From the NCBI GenBank assembly GCA_963745835.1, contig CAVUZH010000018.1:96001-160000 (forward strand): 64,000 nt of DNA, written 5' to 3'. Made by a program: the position numbers and the translations under genes. This stretch comes from an uncultured delta proteobacterium. GTDB taxonomy: Bacteria > Desulfobacterota > Binatia > UBA9968. Below are positions 1 to 10,825 of this stretch, in pieces. Position 1 is the first letter of the stretch. Each line of letters starts with the position of its first letter. Under the pieces are notes generated by a model. It had not been told where the DNA came from and did not search any database. It saw only the letters and a list, made by a program, of their open reading frames with translations.

Positions 1-673
1 TCATGTAATCGACATCCGGCTGCGGCATGATTGCTGGCTTGCCGACACAGCTCGCGACAAACTGCATATAGGCAGTACGCTCCAAGTAGATCGCGTGAAC
101 TGTAGCATATTCTAAGCTGTCGCCGCACACAATAACGCCATGTCCTTTGAGTAACATCGCCATGCGATCACCCAACGTCTGACAAATTTCTTTACCGTCC
201 TGAATCGTATAGATCAGCCGCGGACTGGGAAATATCGGAGTCTCGGGGGCGAAAACCGCGGCTTGATTGTAAATCGGCAGGATCGGGGTGCCGGCAACGG
301 AAAATGCCGTGGCTAGCGATTGGTGAGTATGAACTACCGAATTAACATCCGCGCGCGCAGCATAGATCGCCGCGTGGATCATCGTTTCACGGGGCGGGTT
401 TTTGAGCTTTGTGATCGCCCGTTGGTTGCCGGCTTTCGCGTAGTTCTCCTCGCAAACTTCCATATATTCGTCGATATCTACGAGAATAATATCCTTGCTG
501 GAGATTTCACCGAGCGGTGCCAAAACTGGTTTGATGAAAAACTTTCGGGTTCCGGGAATGCGAGCGCTAACGTGACCATGATAATCAGCCAAACCCTGGT
601 GAAACATGATGCGGTTGCCTAAAGCTACTTTAGTTTTTAATTCCTCGAGTTCTTTCCTGCTGCTTTTACTCAT
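1..673 (-). CDS. Class II aldolase/adducin family protein (3' end runs off the window)
   Basis: Hand translation from ATG at 673 with an AGGAG RBS gives MSKSSRKELEELKTKVALGNRIMFHQGLADYHGHVSARIPG...ETMIHAAIYAARADVNSVVHTH...LLKGHG. The GHVSAR, HxAIY, VVHTH and LxxHG motifs match the family. Not in the ORF track because it is truncated. Confidence 0.88.
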   Translation of the reverse strand, partial: MSKSSRKELEELKTKVALGNRIMFHQGLADYHGHVSARIPGTRKFFIKPVLAPLGEISSKDIILVDIDEYMEVCEENYAKAGNQRAITKLKNPPRETMIHAAIYAARADVNSVVHTHQSLATAFSVAGTPILPIYNQAAVFAPETPIFPSPRLIYTIQDGKEICQTLGDRMAMLLKGHGVIVCGDSLEYATVHAIYLERTAYMQFVASCVGKPAIMPQPDVDYM

Positions 674-1418
674 GGCTCTCCTTCTTGATCAAAGCTAGTT
701 GTCTACCTTCGGATAAGTTACTGATCGCCGTCAATCTAACCTGAAAATCAAAAAACACAATGCATCACTTCCAGTGTCCGTTCGCACACACCCTTCGTTC
801 TAGCTGCTGTGCTAAGCGCGCGTCATTAGTTGTCCTCTGGTCCCCACGCAGATTGCAATTCATCCTAAATCATTTCACTCGTCAACTTTGTTCAAAGACA
901 ATCATTTGGAGCAGCTATCATTCAAACCGCATAACTCATGCAAGATTGTTTTGTTAGCGAGGAATCGAGAAACGTCTAACCGCAGTTGAATTGAGCCTTA
1001 GCGGCATGATGTCAAAGTGCTAAAAAGGTCAACCAGCGCAACTCGTCCCGGATAAGACGGAAAAACCCACAAGAACATCATCCATTTGCTAGCTGATCCG
1101 ACAAACGATATAAGCACCACCCGGAACAGGTTCAAGCGCTTAGCTAGCTCATTTTTTCCTGTTCCACGAAAGAATCATGGGGCTGTGCATTCAGCAACTG
1201 GATGAGAAAATTAGGCCAACTTACGACAGTTTTGCCATGGTCGCAACGGATCTTATGAGGATCTGTAGACGCCTTGATGTTGCGGCTATCCGAATAAAAA
1301 ATGCAAAAATATCAATGCCTTAGAGGATTTATGGGAAATGAGCTGATTAGGCTGCCCTATTTTTATCGCCAAATTTTTGTGCTAGAAACCTATCACTAAG
1401 TGGCCAAGGACATGTACC

Positions 1419-1799
1419 ATGCGGATGATATTGCCTCCCTTGAAAGACCGTCGGGCTGTAGACCGATTCCTTTCATCATTTTTCAGCGAATATAAACCAC
1501 TGCACTTTAAAAAGGCTATTTCGATCGTTTGTCGCTTTTACCACCTCAAGCATCCCAAGATAGAGTGGTTTGAGTATCTCGATTGGGGTAAAACTGCGGG
1601 AAAGACTTACGAGGACGGCCAGATCTATCTAGTCCATCCTGAGAGTTGGAAACGCGGTCGGAAATACTATAGCGAGCGTCGCTGGATCAATACTGTTTAC
1701 CATGAAATGGGTCATTACGTGCTTTGGGCAGATGCAGAAACGAAGGCTGACAAGTTCGCGCTTCAAATGGTCAGAGGTCTGAATCACCAGAAGTCATAA
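1419..1799 (+). CDS. Small hypothetical protein with HExxH zincin motif
   Basis: 126 aa; YHEMGHY followed by ExxADxFA; AAGGA RBS upstream; 41 bp before ileS. Confidence 0.7.
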   Translation: MRMILPPLKDRRAVDRFLSSFFSEYKPLHFKKAISIVCRFYHLKHPKIEWFEYLDWGKTAGKTYEDGQIYLVHPESWKRGRKYYSERRWINTVYHEMGHYVLWADAETKADKFALQMVRGLNHQKS

Positions 1800-1840
1800 T
1801 CACTGCGACCCGCCGATCCTTTAGAATTAACAGAGTAGCG

Positions 1841-4672
1841 ATGGACTACAAAGACACCCTCAATTTGCCAAAAACCAGTTTTCCAATGCGGGCCAACCTG
1901 CCGCAGAATGAGCCGAAGTTGGTCGAGAAATGGCAATCTGATCGCATCTATTTTCGAATGTTGGAAGCGAACGAGGGCAAACCAAAATTCATCCTCCACG
2001 ATGGACCTCCATACGCCAACGGCAACATTCATATCGGTCATGCCCTCAACAAAGTTCTTAAAGACATCATTGTTAAGTATAAAGCTATGACCGGTCACTT
2101 GGCGCCTTACGTGCCGGGTTGGGACTGCCACGGTCTGCCCATCGAACTCCAAGTTGAAAAAAATGTCGGCAGAGCAAAAAAGCTCGCCATGACCAAGGCA
2201 GAGGTTCGACGCTTGTGCCGTGAATATGCGGAGAAGTACATCTCAATTCAGCGAGAAGAATTCAAAAGATTAGGAATCCTAGGCGACTGGCAACAGCCAT
2301 ACCTTACCATGACGCCCGCCTATGAAGCCCAAGAGATTCGCGAGTTAGGAAAGTTTGTCGCCTCGGGAACGCTCTATCGTAGGAAGAAACCGGTTTACTG
2401 GTGCGCTTCCTGTGTCACCGCTCTCGCTGAAGCCGAGGTCGAATACGAAGAGCATGTCTCGTCCTCAATTTACGTAAAATTTCTGGTTAAAGATCACAAG
2501 GGAAAATTTACCGCTGACGATGTGGCGACTTACTTCGTCATTTGGACAACCACCCCGTGGACCTTGCCGGCTAATCAAGCAATCGCACTCAATCCGAAGT
2601 TTACGTACCGTCGCGTGAGAACTTCCCAGGGAGCCCTCATCATTGAGGAAGAGTTAGTTCCAACGGTGATGAAGGCAATCGGTTTGGAGCCCTCGGAATA
2701 CAAAATCACCGAGGGTGTCTGGACGGGCGCCGAACTCGAAGGCATTGTTTGCCATCACCCCTGGTTGGATCGTGATTCAAAGATTGTTCTTGGTGAGTTT
2801 GTCACCCGGGACCAAGGGACCGGCTGCGTTCACATCGCACCTGGACATGGTCAGGAGGACTATGAAGTCGGAATGCGCTATGGCCTCGAGGTGATGGCGC
2901 CCGTGGATGCTGAAGGTAGGTTTACAGCCGAAGCCGGCGATCTGCACGGAGAATCGGTGTTTAAAGTCGATTCCAAGATCATTCAAAAACTCCGTGATCA
3001 TGGAGCACTCCTGAAAGAAGAGACGCTTCCGCACAGTTATCCCCACTGCTGGCGTTGCAAAAAACCAGTCATCTTCCGAGCAACGGAGCAGTGGTTTATT
3101 TCTATGGAGAAGAATGCGCTCAGAGACTCAGCTCTATTTGCCATCGAACAGGTGCGCTGGGTGCCACCCTGGGGCAAAGATCGTATTCGGGGTATGCTCG
3201 AAAGTAGACCGGACTGGTGTATTTCGCGCCAGCGCTCCTGGGGAGTTCCAATCCCAGCCGTTTATTGTAAGCAATGCAATGAAGCTATTCTCACGCAAGA
3301 TGTCTGCGAACACATCGCCGGCATCGTTGAGAGAGAAGGTTCTGATGCGTGGTTTACTCGGCCGATCATTGAACTGGTACCCGCTGGTCTTGCCTGTCCA
3401 AGGTGCGGCAAAAGGGACTTTTTTAAAGAGGAAGATATTCTCGACGTCTGGTTTGACTCGGGAGTGAGCCATGCAGCAGTAGTCGAAGTTGACCCGAGGC
3501 TCGGCGGTCGCGCCGACCTTTATCTTGAGGGAAGCGACCAGCATCGCGGGTGGTTTCACACCGCTTTGCTCACTTCAATAGCCACTCGGGGACGCGCACC
3601 CTATGAAAGCGTGCTCACGCACGGCTTTACCTTGGATGGTAAGGGACGCAAGATGTCAAAATCCTTGGGTAATGTCATTGCCCCACAGGAAATCACTAAG
3701 AAATCGGGCGCGGAAATCTTGCGGCTCTGGGCGGCAGCTGAAGATTATCGCGAGGACGTGCGCATTTCAGACGAAATTCTCAATCGCTTGGTGGAGGCTT
3801 ATCGGCGACTCAGAAACACAGCGCGGTTTTTGATCAGCAACCTTTACGATTTCGATCCCGAGCACGATCGCGTTTCGCCGCCCGATCTAGACGAACTCGA
3901 CCGCTGGATCCTGCATCGGACCGAGAGCTTACTAAGTCGTTGCCGAGAGGCTTACGAGAAATACGAATTTCATACTGTGTTCCATGGTCTTAATAACTAC
4001 TGTAGCGTTGATCTTAGCGCGCAGTACCTCGATATCGCCAAAGACCGCCTTTACTGCGCCGGTGCAAAAAGCAGTGAGCGGCGAGCGGCGCAGACGACAT
4101 TGCATAGAATCTTGAACGTGCTGGTCCACTTACTGGCCCCGATTCTATCGTTTACCGCCGAAGAGATTTGGACCTACATGGAGGCAAAAGATCGTCTGTC
4201 CGGCAGTGTCTTTCTTTCCCAAATGCCGCAAGCGGATCCCACGATGTTGGATCGAGAACTTTCTGACAGATGGGATCGTATCTTCAAAGAGCGCGCCGAG
4301 GTGCTCAAGGCTTTGGAAGAGGCCCGAACTAAAGGCATCATCGGTCATTCGCTGGATGCAAAAGTCGTTTTGGTTAGCCAGAACGGCGGGTCCAATTCTA
4401 CTCTGGGAAATCTGATTAAAGCGGAAAAGAGCAAAATGCAGGATGTTTTGATCGTGTCACAGGCCGACATTTCCGAACCGGTGACGTCTGATAGCGCGAA
4501 TGTGTCTTGGTATCAAACCGAATTATTGAACTGCCAAATCGCAGTCTCAAAAGCTGAGGGTCTCAAATGCGAGCGTTGCTGGAAGTACGATACTGAGGTG
4601 GGCAGCGATGCAAACCATCCGACCGTCTGTGCCCGCTGTGCCGCAGTTCTGAATTCTGGAGCCGCGGGTTGA
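1841..4672 (+). CDS. ileS: Isoleucine--tRNA ligase (type 1)
   Basis: HIGH and KMSKS motifs, GWDCHGLPIE, WTTTPWTLP, C-terminal CERC/CARC zinc finger. Confidence 0.98.
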   Translation: MDYKDTLNLPKTSFPMRANLPQNEPKLVEKWQSDRIYFRMLEANEGKPKFILHDGPPYANGNIHIGHALNKVLKDIIVKYKAMTGHLAPYVPGWDCHGLPIELQVEKNVGRAKKLAMTKAEVRRLCREYAEKYISIQREEFKRLGILGDWQQPYLTMTPAYEAQEIRELGKFVASGTLYRRKKPVYWCASCVTALAEAEVEYEEHVSSSIYVKFLVKDHKGKFTADDVATYFVIWTTTPWTLPANQAIALNPKFTYRRVRTSQGALIIEEELVPTVMKAIGLEPSEYKITEGVWTGAELEGIVCHHPWLDRDSKIVLGEFVTRDQGTGCVHIAPGHGQEDYEVGMRYGLEVMAPVDAEGRFTAEAGDLHGESVFKVDSKIIQKLRDHGALLKEETLPHSYPHCWRCKKPVIFRATEQWFISMEKNALRDSALFAIEQVRWVPPWGKDRIRGMLESRPDWCISRQRSWGVPIPAVYCKQCNEAILTQDVCEHIAGIVEREGSDAWFTRPIIELVPAGLACPRCGKRDFFKEEDILDVWFDSGVSHAAVVEVDPRLGGRADLYLEGSDQHRGWFHTALLTSIATRGRAPYESVLTHGFTLDGKGRKMSKSLGNVIAPQEITKKSGAEILRLWAAAEDYREDVRISDEILNRLVEAYRRLRNTARFLISNLYDFDPEHDRVSPPDLDELDRWILHRTESLLSRCREAYEKYEFHTVFHGLNNYCSVDLSAQYLDIAKDRLYCAGAKSSERRAAQTTLHRILNVLVHLLAPILSFTAEEIWTYMEAKDRLSGSVFLSQMPQADPTMLDRELSDRWDRIFKERAEVLKALEEARTKGIIGHSLDAKVVLVSQNGGSNSTLGNLIKAEKSKMQDVLIVSQADISEPVTSDSANVSWYQTELLNCQIAVSKAEGLKCERCWKYDTEVGSDANHPTVCARCAAVLNSGAAG

Positions 4673-5166
4673 ATCGCAAAACAAGGATCGTCGCCGGCTG
4701 CCTTGGTTTCATCGTAATCGTTGATCAAGTAACGAAGTATGTAGTAGATCGCACTATGCCGCTGCATCACTCCATCCCGATCATCGATGGATTGTTCAGC
4801 CTCACGTATATCCGCAACACAGGTGCTGCGTTCGGTATCTTCTCCGGCAGCCATGAAGCATTTCGGTTGCCGTTTTTGGTTACTGTGTCGCTTGTAGCGA
4901 TCGGGTTTATTTTTATGATGTTGAAGCGGCTGCGGCAAACCGAGACTGGTCTAATCACGGCTCTCGCGTTTATTCTTGGCGGCGCCATCGGTAATCTCAT
5001 CGATCGAATCATTCATGGCGAGGTGGTCGATTTCTTGGACGTGTATTGGTCCGATTACCATTGGCCGGCGTTTAATCTAGCCGATAGTTTTATAACGATC
5101 GGTGTGGGCATAACGGTCTATTATCTCGCCACAGTAAAAGGCGATGATCCCTTCGCCGCAAAGTAG
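4669..5166 (+). CDS. lspA: Lipoprotein signal peptidase II
   Basis: NTGAAFG, GAIGNLIDR, VVDFLD and FNLAD motifs; canonical ileS-lspA order; TTG start overlapping the ileS stop. Confidence 0.97.
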   Translation: MNRKTRIVAGCLGFIVIVDQVTKYVVDRTMPLHHSIPIIDGLFSLTYIRNTGAAFGIFSGSHEAFRLPFLVTVSLVAIGFIFMMLKRLRQTETGLITALAFILGGAIGNLIDRIIHGEVVDFLDVYWSDYHWPAFNLADSFITIGVGITVYYLATVKGDDPFAAK

Positions 5167-5253
5167 CTTTGCTGGTGCGACGACGCATCCTGTTCTTGAA
5201 TTGGTAAGCTCTTATCGCACCGATTTATAGCATTCAGTAATCCAGCCGAACTG

Positions 5254-6102
5254 ATGCCTCGTCATCTCAACGATGTCACGCTTACGTGTCTGTTGCTCAT
5301 GCTGAGCGGAACGATGAGTTGCCAGGCCGTCAGTTCGAGTCTGCCGCTCGGCACCGCGTGGCAAGCAACTCCGTTCAAGCGCATAAAGACGGCCGCGCAA
5401 GTCGCCGCCGATCTTCCTGCCCTCAATATTCCGGCGCCCACGGGAAGGATCATCTTTATCGGAGTGCATGGCGGCAATCCGCCGACATGGGACGACGCCG
5501 AGTGGTTTGACCCGCAGCAATGGTTGCCGTATCAAGCTATCGACCTCCAAGATCAGCGGGCGATTACTGAGATCGCGTACCGTGAGTCGGTGATGCATGT
5601 TGCTGCATTACAGATAGGACGACACTTCTCAAACAGTATCACCATAATGATTCGTGGCGATAGTCAGGTTGTTAGCGACCTCCTTGACGCTATCTACCGC
5701 GTCGGAGATCGAATACTTCTGGTTGGCCACAGTTTCGGTGGACAGGTCGTCGAGGAGATAGCGAGAGATTTAAAACGAAGGCAAATTGCGGTCGACGCAT
5801 TGGTCTACATCGAGAGCTTTTGGTCTAACGGTTCGGTGCCCAACAACGTAAAGCGCGCCCTCAATTTCTACGTCCCGGCATCGTTCACGCTTTGTCGAGG
5901 TTTAGAGACAATCAAGGCAGAGGACCCCATCGGCACAGAAGCAATCAATATTGCCATACCCAAGCCGCGGGGACCCTATAGCGGAATCTGCGCTGAACAC
6001 CGCAACATCGACAGTGATCCACGCGTGTGGAAGGATATCTTTGATCGCATCATTACAAAGATCGACTTCCAGCAGTCGATTCTTAATCAACCAGCAAGGT
6101 GA
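5254..6102 (+). CDS. Exported alpha/beta-hydrolase fold protein
   Basis: LLVGHSFGG nucleophile elbow, hydrophobic N-terminus ending in Cys, late His (EHRNID). Confidence 0.65.
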   Translation: MPRHLNDVTLTCLLLMLSGTMSCQAVSSSLPLGTAWQATPFKRIKTAAQVAADLPALNIPAPTGRIIFIGVHGGNPPTWDDAEWFDPQQWLPYQAIDLQDQRAITEIAYRESVMHVAALQIGRHFSNSITIMIRGDSQVVSDLLDAIYRVGDRILLVGHSFGGQVVEEIARDLKRRQIAVDALVYIESFWSNGSVPNNVKRALNFYVPASFTLCRGLETIKAEDPIGTEAINIAIPKPRGPYSGICAEHRNIDSDPRVWKDIFDRIITKIDFQQSILNQPAR

Positions 6103-6376
6103 CGATAGTGGCTCCCCAACTGCCGGCTTCGGCTGGGGCATCTTCGAAAGAAAGAACCGCCGGATGTTTTTCCAGAAGAGATCGGATAATGGCGCGTTGT
6201 ACGCCTGTGCCTTTGCCGTGAATGAGACGGACCTGCCGGAATCCTGATCGTTGGCATTCCTCCAAGTATTCCTCAACCACGCTGGGAATATCTTTGGGCT
6301 GAAACGGATGAAGATCAAGAACATCTTCAGGAGGAAGAACCACCGGTTCGTCAAAGGGAGGATCACTCTCGGCCAT
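6083..6376 (-). CDS. Stand-alone Smr domain protein
   Basis: LDLH, IHGKGTG and GSWGATIV motifs. Confidence 0.9.
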   Translation of the reverse strand: MAESDPPFDEPVVLPPEDVLDLHPFQPKDIPSVVEEYLEECQRSGFRQVRLIHGKGTGVQRAIIRSLLEKHPAVLSFEDAPAEAGSWGATIVTLLVD

Positions 6377-6406
6377 CGATTACAACTCGAGTCCTGGGCT
6401 GTTTAG

Positions 6407-8842
6407 TCAATTTGCCGGCGCCGCTGGTTCTGGCCGCTTGCGGCCGGGTAAATTTCCGAGCAATTCTAAGATCGCTTCGTACTTAACCGGTTTCGTCAGG
6501 TGCGCGTCAAATCCAGCCTCTTTGGTCCGGTGCCGGTCCCGTTGCTGCCCCCACCCGGTAAGAGCAATGAGCACAACCTGTTTGCCCCAAGGCTGCTCGC
6601 GTATTTTGCGCGCGGCATCGTAGCCATTTAATTCCGGCATAGCGAGGTCCAATACAATGACATCTGGATGCGAGAGCTCCGCAGCTCTAAAAGCTTCAAG
6701 GCCGTCCTGGGCAATTTGAACTTCGTACCCTTCCTGCCGCAGTAATCCTGCTAGCGTCTCAGCTGCTTGTGGGAAGTCGTCCGCGACAAGGATGCGCCGG
6801 ACCTGGCTCCTTGCATTTGAAAAAACCGGATTGGCCTCTTTGCTGAATTCCTGCTGAGATGATTTCTGCAGCACGGGCAAACTGACGACGAACTGGCTAC
6901 CTTGTTTGGCTCCTAAGCTGAAAGCCTGTACTGTTCCCCCGTGGAGTTCAAGAATTCTGTGTACCAGAGTCAGGCCTAGTCCGAGACCGCCCTCGGCACG
7001 GGTGAACGATCGGTCGGCTTGATAGAACAAATCGAACAAACGCGGCAGGTCTTCGGGAGCGATGCCGATCCCGGTATCCTTAACCTGCAGCACTGCCTGG
7101 CCGTTATCCAGTTCAAGAATTAACCAAATTTGACCTGGATCAGGCGTGTATTTAGCGGCATTATTGATCAAGTTCATAACTACTTGTGTTAACCGAACGC
7201 GGTCCGCGTCTACGTAGACAGGTGATGCGGGCAGTGTAATTGTGATTTTGTGGCCTCGCTCTTCGATTAACGGACGGCTTGATTCTACTGCGGTTTTAAC
7301 AATTTCACTTAGCTCTACGTGTTCTTTATGAAGACCCAGCTTCTCTCGCGTGATACGGCTTATATCGAAAAGGTCATCCGTGAGCCGTGTCAGATATCCT
7401 ACTTGCTTATCGATGACGTCCCTGCCCCAGCGCTGTTGGGTTTCGGAAAAGCCGGAAGCCTGAGATAAGCTGACAACGTTTCGCACTAGAGCTAGCGGAT
7501 TTCTTAATTCGTGCGCTAAGGTTGCCAAGAACTCGTCCTTCCGCCGATCGGCATCGCGCAACGCTTCTTCGCTTTGACTTAAGGCGCTGTTCAGGCGCAG
7601 CCTTTCTACTGCTAGCCAAGTGCGCTCGGCCGCGGCAGCGATGAGTGAGACCTCCCGCTCGCTCCACTCACGGGGGTCAGCTGTAGAGACAAACAACGCG
7701 GACACAAGCCTGCCTTCGCGCAATAGTGGAGTAGCCGCGAAAGCTCCAACGCCGATACGCTGATAATATCCGCTGTAAATCGCGGTTCGGTCATCTCGGG
7801 AAGTGTCAAAGACTACGGTATTGTGACCGGCCTGACAGTCGCTGACGATCTTCGGGCCAAGAGCCCTCAGCCGATAAGTTCCAGCCAAAGAAGGGAGATT
7901 AAGATGATAATCGCGATAAATGGTGAACCGACCCCTCTCAGGATCAGCCTCGGTAAAACTGCAGCGTTCGGTTTGTAAATATTCGCCAAGTGCGACGGCA
8001 ACGGCCCAAGTCAACTCATCCGGATCCGAGGCCAGGCGAATACAATCACTAAGGTCGAGCAAAAAAAGCGTGTCGGCCTCGGCCTGTTTACGTTCAGTGA
8101 TATCGGTGTTCATACCCACCCAGCCGCGCGCTGAGCCATCAGCCGACAATAGCGGAACGGCCCGAACTAAAGTCCATCGCCACTGACCATCGTACCGGCG
8201 AAGGCGGTACTGAGCTTCGAGAGGTTTTTTTCGCGCGGTCGCATCTTCCCATTGCATTTGGACTCTCTTGTGATCGTTAGGATGGTACGCATTAAGCCAG
8301 CCGGAGCCGCGCCGTTGCTCAAATGTTTGACCAGTAAATGCCCGCCACGAAGGTGAGTCTTCAATGATATTTCCTGCGCCATCCGCTGTCCAAACGATTT
8401 GTGATGATGCTTCTACCAGTGCACGAAACCGCTCTTCACTCCGGCGCATCGCATCTTGCGCGCGCCTGTGACGTAGGCCCAGACCGGCGACGATCCAAAT
8501 TAGGGCCACCGTGAGCACGTCATTGAAAATGGGGATCCACCCGGGAATTCCAGGTGAGCCGGGCGATAGAAGATAATCCAGAATAATGAGCACCGTACTA
8601 AGCAGAGCGATCAGAATTTTCTCGCGAGCTCCTGGTAGCGCCAGCACTAATAGTAACGCGGCCACATAACTGGTCGGTATGGCAACACCGAATGGCGAAT
8701 ATAGGTCGGCGAGAAAAACGCCGAATAGAAGCGCGGTGATTGTCAGCCAATATATCGCTGAACCAGATCTGCCGACGAGAAGTGGCGCTGGCGCTGGTGG
8801 CCCGAATACCGGAGATAGGGGTTTTGAGAAGTTTTCGTGCAT
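6407..8842 (-). CDS. Membrane hybrid sensor histidine kinase (TM-PAS-GAF-HisKA-HATPase-REC)
   Basis: N-terminal TM helices, PAS/PAC (W..AYHPND), GAF, LAHELRNPL, NAAKYT, DTGIGI, GLGLGL and a C-terminal receiver domain. Confidence 0.93.
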   Translation of the reverse strand: MHENFSKPLSPVFGPPAPAPLLVGRSGSAIYWLTITALLFGVFLADLYSPFGVAIPTSYVAALLLVLALPGAREKILIALLSTVLIILDYLLSPGSPGIPGWIPIFNDVLTVALIWIVAGLGLRHRRAQDAMRRSEERFRALVEASSQIVWTADGAGNIIEDSPSWRAFTGQTFEQRRGSGWLNAYHPNDHKRVQMQWEDATARKKPLEAQYRLRRYDGQWRWTLVRAVPLLSADGSARGWVGMNTDITERKQAEADTLFLLDLSDCIRLASDPDELTWAVAVALGEYLQTERCSFTEADPERGRFTIYRDYHLNLPSLAGTYRLRALGPKIVSDCQAGHNTVVFDTSRDDRTAIYSGYYQRIGVGAFAATPLLREGRLVSALFVSTADPREWSEREVSLIAAAAERTWLAVERLRLNSALSQSEEALRDADRRKDEFLATLAHELRNPLALVRNVVSLSQASGFSETQQRWGRDVIDKQVGYLTRLTDDLFDISRITREKLGLHKEHVELSEIVKTAVESSRPLIEERGHKITITLPASPVYVDADRVRLTQVVMNLINNAAKYTPDPGQIWLILELDNGQAVLQVKDTGIGIAPEDLPRLFDLFYQADRSFTRAEGGLGLGLTLVHRILELHGGTVQAFSLGAKQGSQFVVSLPVLQKSSQQEFSKEANPVFSNARSQVRRILVADDFPQAAETLAGLLRQEGYEVQIAQDGLEAFRAAELSHPDVIVLDLAMPELNGYDAARKIREQPWGKQVVLIALTGWGQQRDRHRTKEAGFDAHLTKPVKYEAILELLGNLPGRKRPEPAAPAN

Positions 8843-9116
8843 AAAGCTGCAGCCGCTAGTTGTTCAGTCAGACAAGGTTAGCAGTGTAGCAAAGACGTCT
8901 CCGATGCAAAAGCAAAAACGCCGGGCTCGTTTATACCCGTCGAAGCCATCGAAAAAAGTGCTAACGAAGCTCGCTTCACGACAGACTGTACGCATGTGGT
9001 AGGGTGATTTGATGCCGATGCGAACCTTACTGTGCATTGGTAACCGATTTCCAGCATGCTTGACAAGCAACTCGGGTGCGACGATACATGTCAGAAGCAC
9101 ATTCGAGAGAGGTTCC

Positions 9117-10712
9117 ATGGCGAGCCAAAAATACTACCGCGACTTCCGTGCCCATCTGAAGGAACTTGAGGACCGAGAAAAATTGATTCGAATCCGTCGA
9201 AGGATCGATAAAGATACTGAATTGATGCCATTGGTTCGGTGGCAATTTCGAGGGTTAGACGAAGAGCAGCGCAAAGCTTTTCTGTTTGAAAAGGTCGTTG
9301 ATGCAAAAGGCAAGCAGTATTCGATGCCGGTGACGGTAGGAACGTTGGCCGCAACAACCGAGATCTATGCCATCGGTTTGATGTGCCGACCTGAGGAGAT
9401 CCACGAGCGCTGGAACAAGGCCCAGTTGAGTCCCATCGAGCCCGAAAAAGTCGCTGCGGGGCCAGTTCAGGAAATCGTTTGGACCGACAAGGAGCTGTTG
9501 AACGGTCATGGATTGGATATGCTCCCGGTACCGATCTCTACGCCCGGCTTTGATAATGCCCCCTATTTGACTTCAGCCAACTGGATCACCAAAGACATTG
9601 AAACCGGCGTTTACAACATCGGCAATTATCGTAGTCAAATCAAATCTCCGGATCGCGCCGGCGGATTATTCACATCGCAACACATGGGGCAACACTGGCG
9701 CAAGTGTAAGGCCAAGGGTGTGCCGTTGCAGGCGGCGATCGCCATCGGTGTTATTCCTAGTATCGCCTATGCCGCGACCGCAAAGATTGCCTACGATTTC
9801 GACGAATACCGACTTGCCGGCGGCTTGGCTGGTGAGCCAGTGGAGTTGGTGCAGTGTAAAACCGTCGATCTTTTTGTGCCGGCCACTACGGAAATTGTCA
9901 TCGAGGGAACGATTCCCACTGACTCTCTCGAGCCGGAAGGACCGTTTGGCGAATACCCCGGCTACATGGGGCATCGTACCACTTCTCCCTATCTCGATGT
10001 GACTTGCATCACCCATCGAAGAGACGCAATCTATACGGCGCTGATGAGTCAGTTTCCGCCCAGCGAATCGAGCAAGATAAAGCATACAGGGACGGAGAAG
10101 ATCCTATACAAATATCTGCGTCACGATAGCGGAAATGCTGCAGTGCTGGATGTGGCGCTGCACGATGAGGTAAGCGGCAGCGGTCAAGCCTACTGTGTGG
10201 TTAAGATGTGTAATGCGTCGAAAGCGGAGGCCTGGCGCGCGCTCAACGCATCAGCCGGGTTCACGGGCAGCTATGCCAAGATCTGTATTGCCGTGGATGA
10301 TGATATCGATATTCACGACCCGGCAATGGTGAATTGGGCGATCTGTTTCAACGTTAGGCCGGAAGAGGATATTCTTATTGCCAAAGGAAAGTCGCCGGGG
10401 TTGGATCCCTCCGCTCATCCGCCGGGGATGGAAAGCCTTGAAGTGCGGATGGCCTCGTTTAGCGCCTTGCTGATCAACGCAGTGCGGCCATGGCCCTACA
10501 CCCCGGTGTCTCTGCCTCGCAAGGAATTCATGGATAGATCGAGGGCCATCTGGGAAGAACTGGGTCTTCCCTCCCTCAAGCCACGCATGCCGTGGTACGG
10601 TTACAGTCTCGGTGACTGGACAAAACAAGATGAAGAAGAAGCGGAACTCGCTGTCAAAGGCGAATACTTCGTGACAGGCGACAAGCAAAAAGGACAAAGA
10701 ACCAAGCCGTAA
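9117..10712 (+). CDS. UbiD family prFMN-dependent (de)carboxylase
   Basis: NIGNYR, EIVIEG, EGPFGEYPGY and VDDDIDI motifs; start moved to ATG 9117 behind a GAGAGG RBS. Confidence 0.92.
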   Translation: MASQKYYRDFRAHLKELEDREKLIRIRRRIDKDTELMPLVRWQFRGLDEEQRKAFLFEKVVDAKGKQYSMPVTVGTLAATTEIYAIGLMCRPEEIHERWNKAQLSPIEPEKVAAGPVQEIVWTDKELLNGHGLDMLPVPISTPGFDNAPYLTSANWITKDIETGVYNIGNYRSQIKSPDRAGGLFTSQHMGQHWRKCKAKGVPLQAAIAIGVIPSIAYAATAKIAYDFDEYRLAGGLAGEPVELVQCKTVDLFVPATTEIVIEGTIPTDSLEPEGPFGEYPGYMGHRTTSPYLDVTCITHRRDAIYTALMSQFPPSESSKIKHTGTEKILYKYLRHDSGNAAVLDVALHDEVSGSGQAYCVVKMCNASKAEAWRALNASAGFTGSYAKICIAVDDDIDIHDPAMVNWAICFNVRPEEDILIAKGKSPGLDPSAHPPGMESLEVRMASFSALLINAVRPWPYTPVSLPRKEFMDRSRAIWEELGLPSLKPRMPWYGYSLGDWTKQDEEEAELAVKGEYFVTGDKQKGQRTKP

Positions 10713-10825
10713 CGCTACAATCCTAGCGAACACCTTGGAGCTGCTGTCTACAATCACTACTGACCGTCTCCAGTGATCAGGTCTCGTGATACAGCGACTC
10801 GCTGCGCGACAATCCTCGATCGATT

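Noticed and set aside
674-1418. 745-bp intergenic gap with short ORF 760-957
   Set aside because: No RBS, recognisable motif, repeat or riboswitch pattern found by eye
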